From Microcoleus sp. (lineage in GTDB: Bacteria > Cyanobacteriota > Cyanobacteriia > Cyanobacteriales > Microcoleaceae), in contig JAYFMW010000003.1 of assembly GCA_042408215.1 (NCBI GenBank), positions 192,001 through 256,000 of the forward strand: a stretch of 64,000 bases of DNA. Reading direction: 5' to 3'. The translations under genes were made by a program, and so were the position numbers. Of the stretch, positions 9,991 through 21,076 are shown in pieces. The first letter of the stretch is position 1. Each line of letters starts with the position of its first letter. The notes beneath the pieces were generated by a model. It searched no databases. It was not told the origin of the DNA and worked only from the letters and a program-made list of their open reading frames with translations.

Positions 9991-11472
9991 ATGGTTAGAT
10001 CGCACAAAAGTCAAGCTCTAATTGCTTTCGTGGTAGTTTTGGGGATAATCATCGGGAATTTTCTGTTCCTGGGCCCGAATGCAGCGCCGGCATTTGCTGA
10101 AGCTAAATTTAAGGATGTTAAAGACCATTGGGCCCAAGCTTGTATTGAAGATTTGGCAGAGAAACAAATCATCACCGGCTACTACGAAGACGGCACTTTT
10201 CGGCCAAATCGCCCCGTCAGTCGCGCTGAGTTTGCGGCGATGCTTCGCAAGGCTTTTCCCGATGCGAAAACAGTCCGCAATCCGATTAATTTTGTAGATA
10301 TTCCTACGAATTACTGGGGTTTAAAAGCGATTCAAGAAGCTTATCAAACGGGTTTTATGTCTGGTTACAGCGGCAGTATCTTTAACCCGACTTTGAATAT
10401 TCCCCGCTGGCAAGTTTTGGTGGCTTTAAGTAGCGGATTGAAGTATTCGCCTGGGGGGCCGGCGACTGAGATTTTGGATGGGACTTTTGAAGATGCGCGG
10501 GAAATTCCCTCACTGGCCAGAAATGCGATCGCAGCCGCCGCAGAAAAACAACTTGTGGTCAATTATCCCGCAGTCAAACAACTAGAACCAACTCGCAATG
10601 CCAGTCGCGCGGAAGTAGCAACTTTCCTGTGTCAAGCAATTGCCAAACCGGGACAAACTGCCTTAGTTCCCTCCCAATATATCGCGCAAGTAGCGCCAAA
10701 TATCGGGCCGCAGATCACCACAGAAATCTCTGAATCTGGCAAAGTTAGGGCGGAATTTTCTTTCGTGAAGGAAGAGGAAAACGGTAAAAATTTCCGCATC
10801 AAAATTATCCGCGACGGTCAAAGTTTGTTGGAAGAACCTGTGCTAATTCCGACTCGTTCTTTAGTAGAAAACCAGGACAAAAAACCCAGCGATGAAATAT
10901 CAGAAGGACGTTTTTTATCGCTGGGAGTCCGGGATTTAGATGGGGACAAGGAACCGGAAGTGCTGGCAGAGTTGGTGTCAACCAAGAGCGGCTCTAACTG
11001 CTGCAATTATTCGTTTATTTATCGCTATGACTCTGGGTCTAAGAAATACACTCATCTCAAGCACTTCTGGGGCAATGTGAGCTACGAAATTGTCGATATT
11101 GGCAAAAATGATCTCCCGGAGTTCAAGAGTCAGGATGGGCGATTTGCGGAGGCTTTTACGAGTTATGCTGATGCGCGGTTGCCGCTGCAAATCTGGCAGT
11201 ACCGTCAAGGTAAAATGCTGGATGTTACGAAGCAGTATCCGGTGGAAGTATATACGAATTCCTGTGAACTTTGGCTGGAATCTAACAAGCGTTTAAGTGA
11301 AGAAAAGGAGGCGAAAGGGGTGTTGGTGGCTTACATGGCGAGTCAGTATGTACTGGGGCAGCAGGTGGAAAGTTGGCAGTTGTTGGAGAGGGTTTATCAA
11401 GGGCGCGATCGCACTCAATTTTTTGGTAAGTTGCGGGAGTTTTTGGTAAGTACGGGTTATGCTAGTAAGTAG
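9991..11472 (+). CDS. S-layer homology (SLH) domain protein with uncharacterised C-terminal domain
   Basis: Signal peptide; three SLH repeats (FKDVKDHWA, GTFRPNRPVSRAEFA, ASRAEVA); ATG 9991 preferred over TTG 9922. Confidence 0.85.
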   Translation: MVRSHKSQALIAFVVVLGIIIGNFLFLGPNAAPAFAEAKFKDVKDHWAQACIEDLAEKQIITGYYEDGTFRPNRPVSRAEFAAMLRKAFPDAKTVRNPINFVDIPTNYWGLKAIQEAYQTGFMSGYSGSIFNPTLNIPRWQVLVALSSGLKYSPGGPATEILDGTFEDAREIPSLARNAIAAAAEKQLVVNYPAVKQLEPTRNASRAEVATFLCQAIAKPGQTALVPSQYIAQVAPNIGPQITTEISESGKVRAEFSFVKEEENGKNFRIKIIRDGQSLLEEPVLIPTRSLVENQDKKPSDEISEGRFLSLGVRDLDGDKEPEVLAELVSTKSGSNCCNYSFIYRYDSGSKKYTHLKHFWGNVSYEIVDIGKNDLPEFKSQDGRFAEAFTSYADARLPLQIWQYRQGKMLDVTKQYPVEVYTNSCELWLESNKRLSEEKEAKGVLVAYMASQYVLGQQVESWQLLERVYQGRDRTQFFGKLREFLVSTGYASK

Positions 11473-11813
11473 ATTTTGAGGTTTTTAACCGCAGATTAAA
11501 GCGGATTAACGCGGAGTAACGCGGATGTCTGCATAATTAACCACAAGCTCTGTAGGGCGGGTTTACTAATATCTATAACTTCATATTTAAGGTATTTGTA
11601 AACCCGCCCTAAGCTGCCTCTAAATTAGTCTGCTTGGAGTGGACTTTGTATGACAAGAAGCGATTTATATCGCGGAGTTATCTTAGAGAGAGAAGTTGTG
11701 CGGCATCTGGGAGAACCGATAATCATCAAATCGGGCGATCGCATTTTATGCTTGATCTATAATAGTAAAGTGCGATTCGGCGCACCCTACCTATAGTAGA
11801 GTGCGCTACCTAG

Positions 11814-12732
11814 TTAAGATTCCGTTTGATTTTTCGGGTCAAAACGAGCTAGTAATTCCGAGCGATCGAGCTGCATAATCATTCGCGTGCGATCGAGAAT
11901 TTCTAGTTGAATCAAAGGCTCGATTATTTGGGCTAATTCTTCATCAATCTCGCCAAATTTAACTTGTAGCATACTCTCAACCATCAGGCGTTGATTGCGC
12001 TCGATACCTTGCTGGATACCTCGCTGAGTTGCATCTTCCAGCCGTTGCAAGTAGAGGGGTGACAGTTCCATAATTAACTCCCGATCTTCTCGATCTATGT
12101 CTTGGCGAACTTCTAAAATCGTTCGCAAGTTGTACAACAATTCTAACGCATTCAACCGAAACACATTATCTGAGGGTAATTCTCTCAATTCGGCAACAGC
12201 TCGCTTCTGCACGTTTCCCTTCCCTAAAACTCTCAGCCACAGCGTTTCTGGAGTGCAGGGGAGTTGGTGAATGGCAATAATTGCTGCTTTCAGAGATGCA
12301 CCCATAAAATAAACTCCATTCACCCAATTTTCCGGTTCGGGAATCGCTCCAAATCCAGCTAGCAGCGGATCGGAAACAGTCGGCGACAGTATCCAGAGTA
12401 GGGGCAAGTCTGCCTCTGCAATCCGGGTATTTTCTCTAGCTGCGATGCGTTCAAATTCGGCGTGGAGGTCAAAGAGTTTGGCCAGACAACTGCGAATTTC
12501 TCCGGGTTGGACTGGACTGCGGAATGGTTCAAATACAGCGGGTTTTGCTGCGATTTGACCCAGAAGGCCGAGGGTTGTTGCTTCGATTTCCTGCTCCGGT
12601 TTCGGGGAAAATAAAACGTCAAGTTGCCTCACTTCTCCAGCAATGTCGCGGCTGGTTTCTACATTGCCGAAAGGGGTTAATAGTTCTTTGAGATACTGCG
12701 AGAGCAAATTGGTCGTGGATGAATCTAGTCAT
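11814..12732 (-). pseudogene. Rpn-like/DUF4351-type cyanobacterial protein with a +1 frameshift near codon 11
   Basis: MTRFIHDQFA (ATG 12732) lies in a different frame from QYLKELL...; span 919 nt = 3n+1; C-terminal QRGIQQGIE tail. Confidence 0.65.
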
Positions 12733-12928
12733 GGGATTTTTGATTTTTGATTTTTGATTTTTGATGGGAAAATTGAATAATTGACCTCTAGTTCCAATAT
12801 TAGCCGACAACAAAAGTAGATAGGCGCAGTTGTCACCAGACATTTCTGAAAGTTTCGACAGCAATTGTTGCAGCACAAACCTGACTAATCTGATATCATA
12901 ATCATTCAGTCATTAAAGGAAATCAGCC

Positions 12929-14734
12929 ATGCGAATCTCTCAAATGCTTTTCGTCACCCTGCGGGAAGACCCAGCAGAAGCAGAAATTCCCAGCCACAAA
13001 TTATTACTCCGTGCTGGATACATCCGCCGCATCGGTAGCGGGATTTACGCTTATCTGCCCTTAATGTGGCGTGTCCTCAAAAAAGTCTCCCAAATTGTGC
13101 GGGAAGAAATGGACGCTACTGGCGCTCAAGAATGCCTCTTGCCGCAACTGCAACCAGCCGATTTGTGGCGGGAATCTGGCCGCTGGGATACCTACACTCA
13201 AGCTGAAGGTATCATGTTTGCTCTCACAGACCGTCGCGACACTGAGTTGGGATTGGGCCCAACTCACGAAGAAGTAATTACTACAATTGCTAAAGATATG
13301 ATTCGTTCCTATCGGCAATTGCCTACCCATTTGTATCAAATTCAAACTAAATTTCGCGATGAAATTCGCCCCCGTTTTGGCTTGATGCGCGGTCGTGAAT
13401 TCATTATGAAAGATGGCTATTCTTTCCACAGTAGCGAGGAAAGTTTGAAAAAAACTTATCAGGATATGGCTCAAGCTTACAGCAATATGCTGCGGCGATC
13501 GGGTTTGCAATTCCGAGCAGTAGATGCTGATTCGGGCGCAATTGGTGGTTCTGGTTCTCAAGAGTTTATGGTATTAGCTGAAGCGGGAGAAGATGAAGTT
13601 CTCTACACTGAAGATGGTCAGTATGCCGCTAATTTGGAAAAGGCTGTCTCAATACCTGCTGATACTGAAACATCAACCTTTGCAACTTTTGAAAAGCGGG
13701 AAACACCGGGAACTGACACCATTGAAAAACTCTGCAAATTTCTCAAGTGTTCTCCTACTCAAGTTGTTAAGAATGTGCTTTATCAGGCCGTTTATGACAG
13801 CGGAATCACAGTGCTGGTATTGGTCAGCATTCGCGGAGATCAAGATGTCAATCAGGTCAAGTTGCTGAATGAATTAACCAAATTAGCTGGCAATTATCAA
13901 GCGAAAACCATCCTGTTTCTGACAGTACCCGATGCGGAAGCTCAGCGGCAATGGGCCGCGAAAACTTTACCTCTAGGTTATATGGCTCCCGATGTTGCTG
14001 ATGATTATATCGCCGACAGCAAGGAGGTAAATTCTAAGTTTTTGCGTTTGGTCGATCGCACCGCCGTTGACCTCACAAACTTTGTCACTGGCTCTAACGC
14101 ATCAGGATATCACGTTGTGGGAGCCAATTGGGACAAAGAATTTCCCCTACCGAGTTTAGCAGTAGATGTCAGGAAGGCCAAAAAGGGCGATCGGGCTGTT
14201 CACAATCCCGAACAAACATTGCAAACCGCCAGAGGTATCGAAGTCGGCCACATCTTCCAACTAGGCACAAAATACTCCCAAGCAATGGGTGCCACCTACA
14301 CCAACGAACAAGGCGAAGAAATGCCCTTAGTTATGGGTTGCTACGGCGTCGGCGTGTCGCGCTTAGCTCAATCGGCTGTAGAACAATCCTACGACAAAGA
14401 TGGGATAATTTGGCCAGTGGCGATCGCCCCCTATCATGCCATCATTAGCATCCCCAATATTTCCGACACCCAACAAGTAGAAGTTGCCGAAAAACTCTAC
14501 GCAGAACTCAATCAATCTGGCATTGAAACTCTGTTAGATGACCGCGATGAACGTGCAGGAGTTAAATTCAAAGATGCCGATTTAATTGGCATTCCCTATC
14601 GCATTGTTCCGGGTCGTTCTCTGAAATCTGGTAAGGTCGAAGTAGTTGAAAGAGCAACTCACAAATCCCATGAAATTCTCATTGAGCAAGTCAATTCTAC
14701 CTTAAAACAGTGGATTGATGCAGCTATCCAATGA
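12929..14734 (+). CDS. proS: Proline--tRNA ligase
   Basis: [45 protein letters not shown]. Confidence 0.98.
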   Translation: MRISQMLFVTLREDPAEAEIPSHKLLLRAGYIRRIGSGIYAYLPLMWRVLKKVSQIVREEMDATGAQECLLPQLQPADLWRESGRWDTYTQAEGIMFALTDRRDTELGLGPTHEEVITTIAKDMIRSYRQLPTHLYQIQTKFRDEIRPRFGLMRGREFIMKDGYSFHSSEESLKKTYQDMAQAYSNMLRRSGLQFRAVDADSGAIGGSGSQEFMVLAEAGEDEVLYTEDGQYAANLEKAVSIPADTETSTFATFEKRETPGTDTIEKLCKFLKCSPTQVVKNVLYQAVYDSGITVLVLVSIRGDQDVNQVKLLNELTKLAGNYQAKTILFLTVPDAEAQRQWAAKTLPLGYMAPDVADDYIADSKEVNSKFLRLVDRTAVDLTNFVTGSNASGYHVVGANWDKEFPLPSLAVDVRKAKKGDRAVHNPEQTLQTARGIEVGHIFQLGTKYSQAMGATYTNEQGEEMPLVMGCYGVGVSRLAQSAVEQSYDKDGIIWPVAIAPYHAIISIPNISDTQQVEVAEKLYAELNQSGIETLLDDRDERAGVKFKDADLIGIPYRIVPGRSLKSGKVEVVERATHKSHEILIEQVNSTLKQWIDAAIQ

Positions 14735-14783
14735 GCTTTTATAATTGGTAAGGTGTGAACTGCACACCTTACATTAACGGCTA

Positions 14784-14885
14784 GAGGACTTACTGCTAAG
14801 AAACCCGGTTTCTACGACAATCTTGGGTTGGCCAACGAAAATCTACAAACCAACCGGGTTTCTGAAGATTAGTGTATAAGTCCTG
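14784..14885. mobile_element. MITE-like element with AGGACTTAC(GCA) ends and internal AGAAACCGGGTTTC hairpins
   Basis: AGGACTTAC...ATAAGTCCTG inverted ends; related copies at 22462 and 42454. Confidence 0.6.
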
Positions 14886-14889
14886 GGGT

Positions 14890-16295
14890 AGTAAGCTGCA
14901 TATCCCTCAATCTCGAATCGGCATCACTTCCCTGCTAGATACGCCGATTCAAATAGGTGGTGAAACAGCAGGAGTTCTTTGTTTGGAACACGTAGGAACG
15001 CCCCGTCATTGGACTATTGAAGAACAAAGTTTCGCTGTTTCTCTAGCTGATTCCGTGACTTTTGCCGTGGAAGCGCGACAACGCCAGCGGGCAGAAGAAG
15101 CGCTGCGACAAGCTGAAGAAAAATATCGCAGCATCTTTGAAAATGCGATCGTCGGCATTTTTCAAACTACCCCAGATGGGGAATATCTCAGCGCCAATCC
15201 TGCTTTGCTTCGCATTTAGGGTAACAGTTCGCGCGAGGAATTGGTCGGCACATTAACTAATGTTAGCCAACAACTTTATGTTTACCCCGAACAGCGCGCC
15301 GAAGTTGTCCGCTTAATACAAGAACAAGGAAAAGTATCGGATTTAGAATCTCAAGTTGATCGCAGAGATGGCCGCATAATTTGGATTTGCGAGAATACTT
15401 ATACTGTGTGCGATCGCTAGGGAAATTTGCTCTATTACGAAGGCACTGTTCAAGATATCACAACTCGCAAACTAGCTGAAGCAGCCCTAGGTTTAGAACA
15501 AGAAAAATCCGATCGCCTTTTGCTAAATATTCTGCCCCAGCCCATCGCCGAAAGGCTCAAACAAGACCCAAGTATCATTGCCGATACTTTTGCTGATGTT
15601 ACTGTTTTGTTGGCCGACATCGTAGGTTTTACTCAACTCAGTGCGCGAGTTTCTCCTACGCAATTAGTTTCTTTGCTGAATGAGATTTTTTCAACATTTG
15701 ACCAGCTAGCAGAAAAGCACGGTTTGGAAAAAAATAAGACGATTGGGGATGCTTACATGGTAGTGGGAGGACTGCCAATTCCTTGCCTAGATCATGCAGA
15801 AAGAATCGCCAAAATGGCCCTGGATATGCAGGAGGCAATTAGCGATTTCAGTAATACCCACAGCCAAGATTTTAGCATCAGAATCGGCATCAACAGTGGC
15901 CCCGTTGTCGCGGGAGTGATTGGGATTAAAAAATTTATTTACGATTTGTGGGGAGACACCGTTAACACAGCTTCCCGCAGGTCATCCCACGGTTTACCGG
16001 GGTGCATTCAGGTGACATCGACAACTTATAATCGATTGCAGGAAAAGTATATATTTGAAAGTCGTCCTGCGATCGATGTTAAAGGCAAAGGTCTGATGAA
16101 TACTTATACTAATTCTCAAAACTCATGCAACAGTATCTGTAGGGTGCGTCGCCATCAAAAATCTTAAAGAATATCCACAATCTTTGAGCGACGCACCTTA
16201 CACGAGCGGGTGAGCGTAAACAAACCCACACTCATCATTGTTGCAAGACTTTAGAGAATTGGTATTATTTACTACAATGTAGAAAGTGGATCTAG
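14890..16295 (+). pseudogene. Class III adenylate/guanylate cyclase pseudogene (partial GAF - PAS - cyclase)
   Basis: One frame with TAG stops at 15217 and 15418; LLADIVGFT, KTIGDAYM, YDLWGDTVNTASR; 5' truncated; 3' end interrupted by a MITE. Confidence 0.88.
16107..16264. mobile_element. 158 bp MITE with 25 bp TIRs and TTA target duplication
   Basis: TACTAATTCTCAAAACTCATGCAAC / GTTGCAAGACTTTAGAGAATTGGTA (21/25); TTA at 16104 and 16265. Confidence 0.8.
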
Positions 16296-16438
16296 TAGTA
16301 ACTGGCGATTGAAATCGCTACTACACAAACAAAGTCCTAGCAGAGAGGGACTAAGAAATAAGGACTAAAGTCCTTACTACGAACCTAAAAAACAGGTTTG
16401 TAGTCAGGACTTTAGTCCTTTCTGCGCCGAGAAGTTTC

Positions 16439-16675
16439 TTACATCTTGTAAAGGTTAATTCCAGCTTCCTTAGCCATAATTTCCAAGCCCTTGTGTTGCA
16501 AGGTTTTAATTGCCTTTGTAGAAAGGTGCAATCTTACCCAGCGTTTTTCCTGCGGCCACCAAATCCGCTTCCACTGTAAATTGGCTTCTTGCAACTTGTG
16601 AGTGCGGTGGTGCGAGTGAGAAACTGCAAAACCGTTATTCGCCTTCTTCCCCGTTAGCTGACATTTCCGTGACAT
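16439..16675 (-). CDS. rpmB: 50S ribosomal protein L28
   Basis: [22 protein letters not shown]...[17 protein letters not shown] upstream of ATG 16675. Confidence 0.97.
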   Translation of the reverse strand: MSRKCQLTGKKANNGFAVSHSHHRTHKLQEANLQWKRIWWPQEKRWVRLHLSTKAIKTLQHKGLEIMAKEAGINLYKM

Positions 16676-16853
16676 ATTGCCCTCCAGATTACCGTTTTTT
16701 GCGTGCAGCCTTTCATTATAGCCGAAGGAAGTTCGGCAACGGATTCGCTCCACGGATTTAACGGATGTAAAGAAGAAGGCTTTAGTTATCCCTTTAGCAA
16801 GGGAAATCAACTCTGGCTCCCCCCCTGATTCAAGGGGGGGTTGGGGGGGTTAA

Positions 16854-18842
16854 TTACATAGCACGTTCAGTCAATTTTGTCAAGACTTGGTTCGATCGCT
16901 CGACAAACTCCTTCATCCCCTCAGCATCGAAACCCTTCTGAGCCATCAAAGCCAAGTCGTAAACGTGGTGACAAATCATGCTCGCCAACTGGGCCGACGG
17001 AGACTCGCCGCCGCCTTGAATAATTGAACCCTGACTCAAATTAGCCAGATTTTGAATCAGCGGGTGGGCCGTATTCACCAGCAAAACGTGTTCTTCGGGG
17101 AATTCGGCCGCTTGCTGCTGTACCAGAGCCATCATATCCCGCATCCGGCGCAAATCTTCCGGCAAAAGTACGATCGCAGGTGGTGCCGCCTCTGGAGAAT
17201 CTGACTTCAAAGCTTCAGTGCGGATGTTCACTTTTGGCTTATCGATCGCTTTTTGGAACAATTCTTTAACTTGTTCGCTGCGAGTTTTATTCGTAGTCGG
17301 ATCGACAATTTCCGCTTCTTTTTCTTTGTCAATTAGCGTATCATCTAGGTCGGAATCAACTCGCGAGAATTTGACTTCTTGGTGTTCTCTTTCTAGGAAA
17401 CTAATAAAGTGCGTGTCGATGAAAGAATCCATAAACAGCACTTCCAAACCTTGGCTTTTGTGCAGTGCGACGTAAGTTGCTTGAGATGCCGGTTCCGTAC
17501 AATAAAACACGCGATTTTCGTGACGTTTTTGATTCCGTTCCAAATACTCTTTCAGGGTGGTGTAAGGCTGCGTTGAAGTAGCAGTTTCCGACTTCGGATT
17601 TACATCTTGCCACAAATCTCCTTCCTCAGCTTGCACCTGAACTTCTGGCGTTTCGGTTTCTGGCTTCGGCGTTGTTGGTTCGTAGGTGCTGCGATAGATT
17701 AAGATATCTTCAATTTGCTTTTTAAACTTGTCATCGTTGAGAGCTCCGAATTTGACAAAAGTGCCGATATCTTGCCAGCAACGGATGTACTCATTGCGAT
17801 CGTCCCGGTAAAGTTCTTTGAGCCGATCGCCCACTTTTTTCGCAATATAATCAGCTATTTTCCGCACCGTGCGATTGCTTTGCAACGAACTGCGAGACAC
17901 GTTCAGCGGAATGTCGGTACTGTCGATCGCGCCCCGCAGCGGCATCAAGAATTTAGGAATAATTTCTTCGCAGTGGTCGCTGACAAAAACCTGATTGCAG
18001 AATAGCTTAATATTGCCTTTGGTAACATCGACATCCGGCCGCAGTTTGGGAAAGTAAAGAATGCCGTTGACAATGAAAGGATAATCTGTATTCAGGTGTA
18101 CCCACAGCAGCGGCTCATCTTGGAACGGATAAAGGTGGCGGTACAGTTCTAAGTAATCTTCTTTTTGCAAATTGCTGGCTGATTCCCGCCAAATTGCCTT
18201 GTGCTTGTTGAGTTCCTCTCCTTCAAATTTGATGGGAACTGGCATGAAATCGCAGTAAGTTTTGATTAACTGCTTAATGCGGCTGGGTTCTAGATATTCT
18301 TGTTCTTCGTCTTGGAGAGTGAGGGTAATTGTAGTGCCGCGTTCTGTGCGGGTAGATTCTGATAGTTCAAAAGCGGGAGAACCGTCGCAAGACCAGTGTA
18401 CAGCTTGCGCGCCTTCTTGGTAAGAAAGGGTGTCTATATCTACTTTCTGAGCCACCATGAAAGAAGAGTAGAAACCGAGACCGAAGTTACCGATAATTGC
18501 GTCGTCGCCGCTGCCTTGATATTTTTGAATAAATTCTTCGGCACTGGAGAAAGCGACTTGGTTGATGTATTTTTTTACCTCGTCGGCGGTCATGCCGATG
18601 CCGTTGTCGGAAATTGAGAGTGTCTTATTTTCTTTGTCAATGGCTATGTTGATTTCTGGTTCGCCAAGGTCGCCGCTGTATTCGCCCGATCGAGCAACCA
18701 TTTTGAGTTTAGAAATGGCATCGACAGCGTTGGAAATTAGTTCCCGCAAGAAGACTTCGTGGTCGGTGTATAGGGACTTCTTGATAATCGGGAAAATATT
18801 ATCGGTATGGATTGAGATTGTTCCCTGTTCTAAAACTGTCAT
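16854..18842 (-). CDS. htpG: Molecular chaperone HtpG (Hsp90)
   Basis: FLRELISNAVDA, SDNGIGM, IGNFGLGFYS, DIPLNVSRS. Confidence 0.97.
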   Translation of the reverse strand: MTVLEQGTISIHTDNIFPIIKKSLYTDHEVFLRELISNAVDAISKLKMVARSGEYSGDLGEPEINIAIDKENKTLSISDNGIGMTADEVKKYINQVAFSSAEEFIQKYQGSGDDAIIGNFGLGFYSSFMVAQKVDIDTLSYQEGAQAVHWSCDGSPAFELSESTRTERGTTITLTLQDEEQEYLEPSRIKQLIKTYCDFMPVPIKFEGEELNKHKAIWRESASNLQKEDYLELYRHLYPFQDEPLLWVHLNTDYPFIVNGILYFPKLRPDVDVTKGNIKLFCNQVFVSDHCEEIIPKFLMPLRGAIDSTDIPLNVSRSSLQSNRTVRKIADYIAKKVGDRLKELYRDDRNEYIRCWQDIGTFVKFGALNDDKFKKQIEDILIYRSTYEPTTPKPETETPEVQVQAEEGDLWQDVNPKSETATSTQPYTTLKEYLERNQKRHENRVFYCTEPASQATYVALHKSQGLEVLFMDSFIDTHFISFLEREHQEVKFSRVDSDLDDTLIDKEKEAEIVDPTTNKTRSEQVKELFQKAIDKPKVNIRTEALKSDSPEAAPPAIVLLPEDLRRMRDMMALVQQQAAEFPEEHVLLVNTAHPLIQNLANLSQGSIIQGGGESPSAQLASMICHHVYDLALMAQKGFDAEGMKEFVERSNQVLTKLTERAM

Positions 18843-18877
18843 AGGTTTTCGCTAGGTATTTTTGAGGAGTCAGTAGT

Positions 18878-19064
18878 CCTTAGTCATTAGTCATTAGTCA
18901 TGAGTGATTAATTATTAATTATTTGTTGTTGGTTATGAGTTATTAGTTATTAGTTATTAGTTGCTATGTCCAACAAATAACAAACAACAAATAACAAATA
19001 ACAAACAACAAATAACAAATAACAAATAACAAATAACAACTGTCAACTGTCAACTGTCAACTGA
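18878..19064. repeat. Heptamer STRR tract (TTAGTCA / TTAGTTA / AACAAAT / CAACTGT)
   Basis: Multiple tandem 7-mers in inverted halves. Confidence 0.85.
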
Positions 19065-19149
19065 CTATTTATTGATTTTGGGCGATCGCGCTACCTTTTG
19101 CCGAAGGGATTACCCGAAATAACTGATTCGGTTTTCCTCACATGATAAC

Positions 19150-20481
19150 TCACAAAGGCAACCGCAGGAAAAAGGTGCTGCCACAGCCCAATTCGCTGCG
19201 GGTGCTGAGGCTACCGTGGTGCGCGCGGGCTATGGTTTGGGCGATCGCCAATCCCAGTCCCGATCCGCCGGTATGGCGCGAGCGATCGCTATTCACTCGG
19301 TAGAAGCGATCGAAAATTCGCCCTTGTTCGATCGCCGCAATCCCAAGACCGGTATCTTGAACCTGAATTATAGCCTCAATGTGACTGCAATCTAAAATAA
19401 CTGTTACTTTTCCTCCCGCCGGAGTGTATTGAATAGCATTAACAATTAAATTAGCAACTAGGCGATAAAGTTGGTCGGAATCGCCGACAACATTTAATTG
19501 CTGATGCACCCGCAATTCCGATGTTAGCGCTACCCCAGAGGCGATCGCCATTGCAGCCAATTCCTCGACTAAATCGCTAACAAGGTCATTCAAACAACAC
19601 AATTGAGGGCGATCGGGTATCCCTTGATTATCCATGCGCGCCAGCAAGAGCAAATCAGCAACTAACTGAGTCAATCGACGGTTTTGGCGATCGATCGTCC
19701 GCAAAATTTCCCGCGCCTCTTTTTCATCTAGTTGAGGCATCAACAGCGCCGATTCTACTGTCGCCTGGGAAGCCGCTAAAGGCGTCCGCAATTCGTGAGC
19801 AGCATCCGCTGTAAACTGTTGAATTTGTCGGTAGGAAGCATAAATCGGTTTCATGGCCAATCCTGCTAATAACCAACTAGAAAAGCCGATCAAAATTAAT
19901 GCTGTAGGCAATCCCAATTTCAAAATCAATTTAACTGTACTGAGATAATCATTGAAGTCTTGCAAGCTCCGCCCCACTTGAAAATATCCCCAATCTTGCT
20001 GTGTTTTGGTGTGTAGCGATACAGAAATTTGGTGATAAATATTGCCTTTGGTGTCAGTTATGGTTTGCCAGTGTTGGGAATTAAATGCTGGTGGTAATTC
20101 ATCTGGATAAGCGCCTGCTGTAGCAATCAATTTCCCCGAATAATCAAATAAACGAATATAGTAATAGCCTTGGTTGATAGCGCTTAAAATATGGCGATGG
20201 GGAATCGGTTCTTTAATGCCGTTAACTCCAATTAGGCGGAGGTTGGGCAAAAGTTCATTTACTATCGGTTCCAAGCGTCCTGGCTGCTGCAATTTGAGTT
20301 CTAGGCTGTCGTGTAGCGTCCCCGCTACCGATTCTAATTCCCGATCTATGGCTACCCAGTGAGCGTGGGCGATCGCCTTATATACGCCAATTCCTAATAA
20401 GCTTAAAATCAAACCCATTACAGCCGCATAGGAAATGGCTAATTGCGATCGAGTCCGGTTAAATAGTTTATTTTGATTCAT
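19150..20481 (-). CDS. Metal-responsive sensor histidine kinase (RppB/NrsS/CopS-like)
   Basis: Two TM helices, FTADAAHELRTPL H-box, NLIVNAIQYT, DTGLGI, GSGLGLAI; within a metal efflux cluster. Confidence 0.9.
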   Translation of the reverse strand: MNQNKLFNRTRSQLAISYAAVMGLILSLLGIGVYKAIAHAHWVAIDRELESVAGTLHDSLELKLQQPGRLEPIVNELLPNLRLIGVNGIKEPIPHRHILSAINQGYYYIRLFDYSGKLIATAGAYPDELPPAFNSQHWQTITDTKGNIYHQISVSLHTKTQQDWGYFQVGRSLQDFNDYLSTVKLILKLGLPTALILIGFSSWLLAGLAMKPIYASYRQIQQFTADAAHELRTPLAASQATVESALLMPQLDEKEAREILRTIDRQNRRLTQLVADLLLLARMDNQGIPDRPQLCCLNDLVSDLVEELAAMAIASGVALTSELRVHQQLNVVGDSDQLYRLVANLIVNAIQYTPAGGKVTVILDCSHIEAIIQVQDTGLGIAAIEQGRIFDRFYRVNSDRSRHTGGSGLGLAIAQTIARAHHGSLSTRSELGCGSTFFLRLPL

Positions 20482-20682
20482 TTTTCATCGTTTGCTAGTA
20501 GTTGGTAATTGGTCATTGGTCATTGGTAATTAGTTTTGGTAATTAGTTGGGGATGAGAGTTTTTTTTATTAACCGCAGAGGACGCAGAGGACGCAGAGGA
20601 GGAGAAAATAGAGAATCAGCTTGAAAAGATATATTTCTAAAAACAATAATCTGAAGCTTGCGAAATAATCATTAGAGATTTA

Positions 20683-20919
20683 TTACAATTCCTGATGTTT
20701 TAGGATTTCTGCATATTCGCTCATTCCGAGTTCTGCAAGTTGCCGATCTTCTTCGTAAAATTCGCTGTATAGTCCAGCTAAGTTACTTTCATCTACTGCT
20801 AGATTAGTAACTAATATGGCACGAAATTTCAGGAAGGCAATAAATTAAAAGACTTGTTTGATTTGTTCTAGATCGAGCTTTTCTAACTCTTGTTGGATTA
20901 AATCTTTCATGGCAGTCAT
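20683..20919 (-). pseudogene. Small antitoxin-like protein (DUF2281-like) with an internal stop
   Basis: MTAMKDLIQQELEKLDLEQIKQVF*FIAFLKFR...EEDRQLAELGMSEYAEILKHQEL*; TAA at 20845-20847; missing from the ORF track. Confidence 0.55.
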
Positions 20920-20956
20920 TTTTCCGATCGATTTTTCTATATTATAGCCCATATCT

Positions 20957-20987
20957 ACTGGTTCCCAGGCCGAGCCTGGGAACCAGT
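20957..20987. repeat. REP-like perfect 14 bp hairpin ACTGGTTCCCAGGC-CGA-GCCTGGGAACCAGT
   Basis: Perfect inverted repeat. Confidence 0.7.
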
Positions 20988-21076
20988 TAAATTGTTAAGA
21001 ACAGGCAAGATGCCTGTTCCACAAAAATTTAATTTTCTTGTGGGGAGTAGGGGTTGGGCATCCGGCCCGCCCTAAT

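Noticed and set aside
11650..11796. 48-codon ORF MTRSDLYRG...
   Set aside because: No recognisable family, and it runs into REP-like sequence
15217..15420. Amber readthrough (two TAG stops) in the cyclase
   Set aside because: The gene is also truncated, MITE-disrupted and has eroded motifs; ordinary decay explains it
16676..16810. N-terminal extension of L28 in the ORF track
   Set aside because: The canonical MSRKC start with an RBS is at 16675
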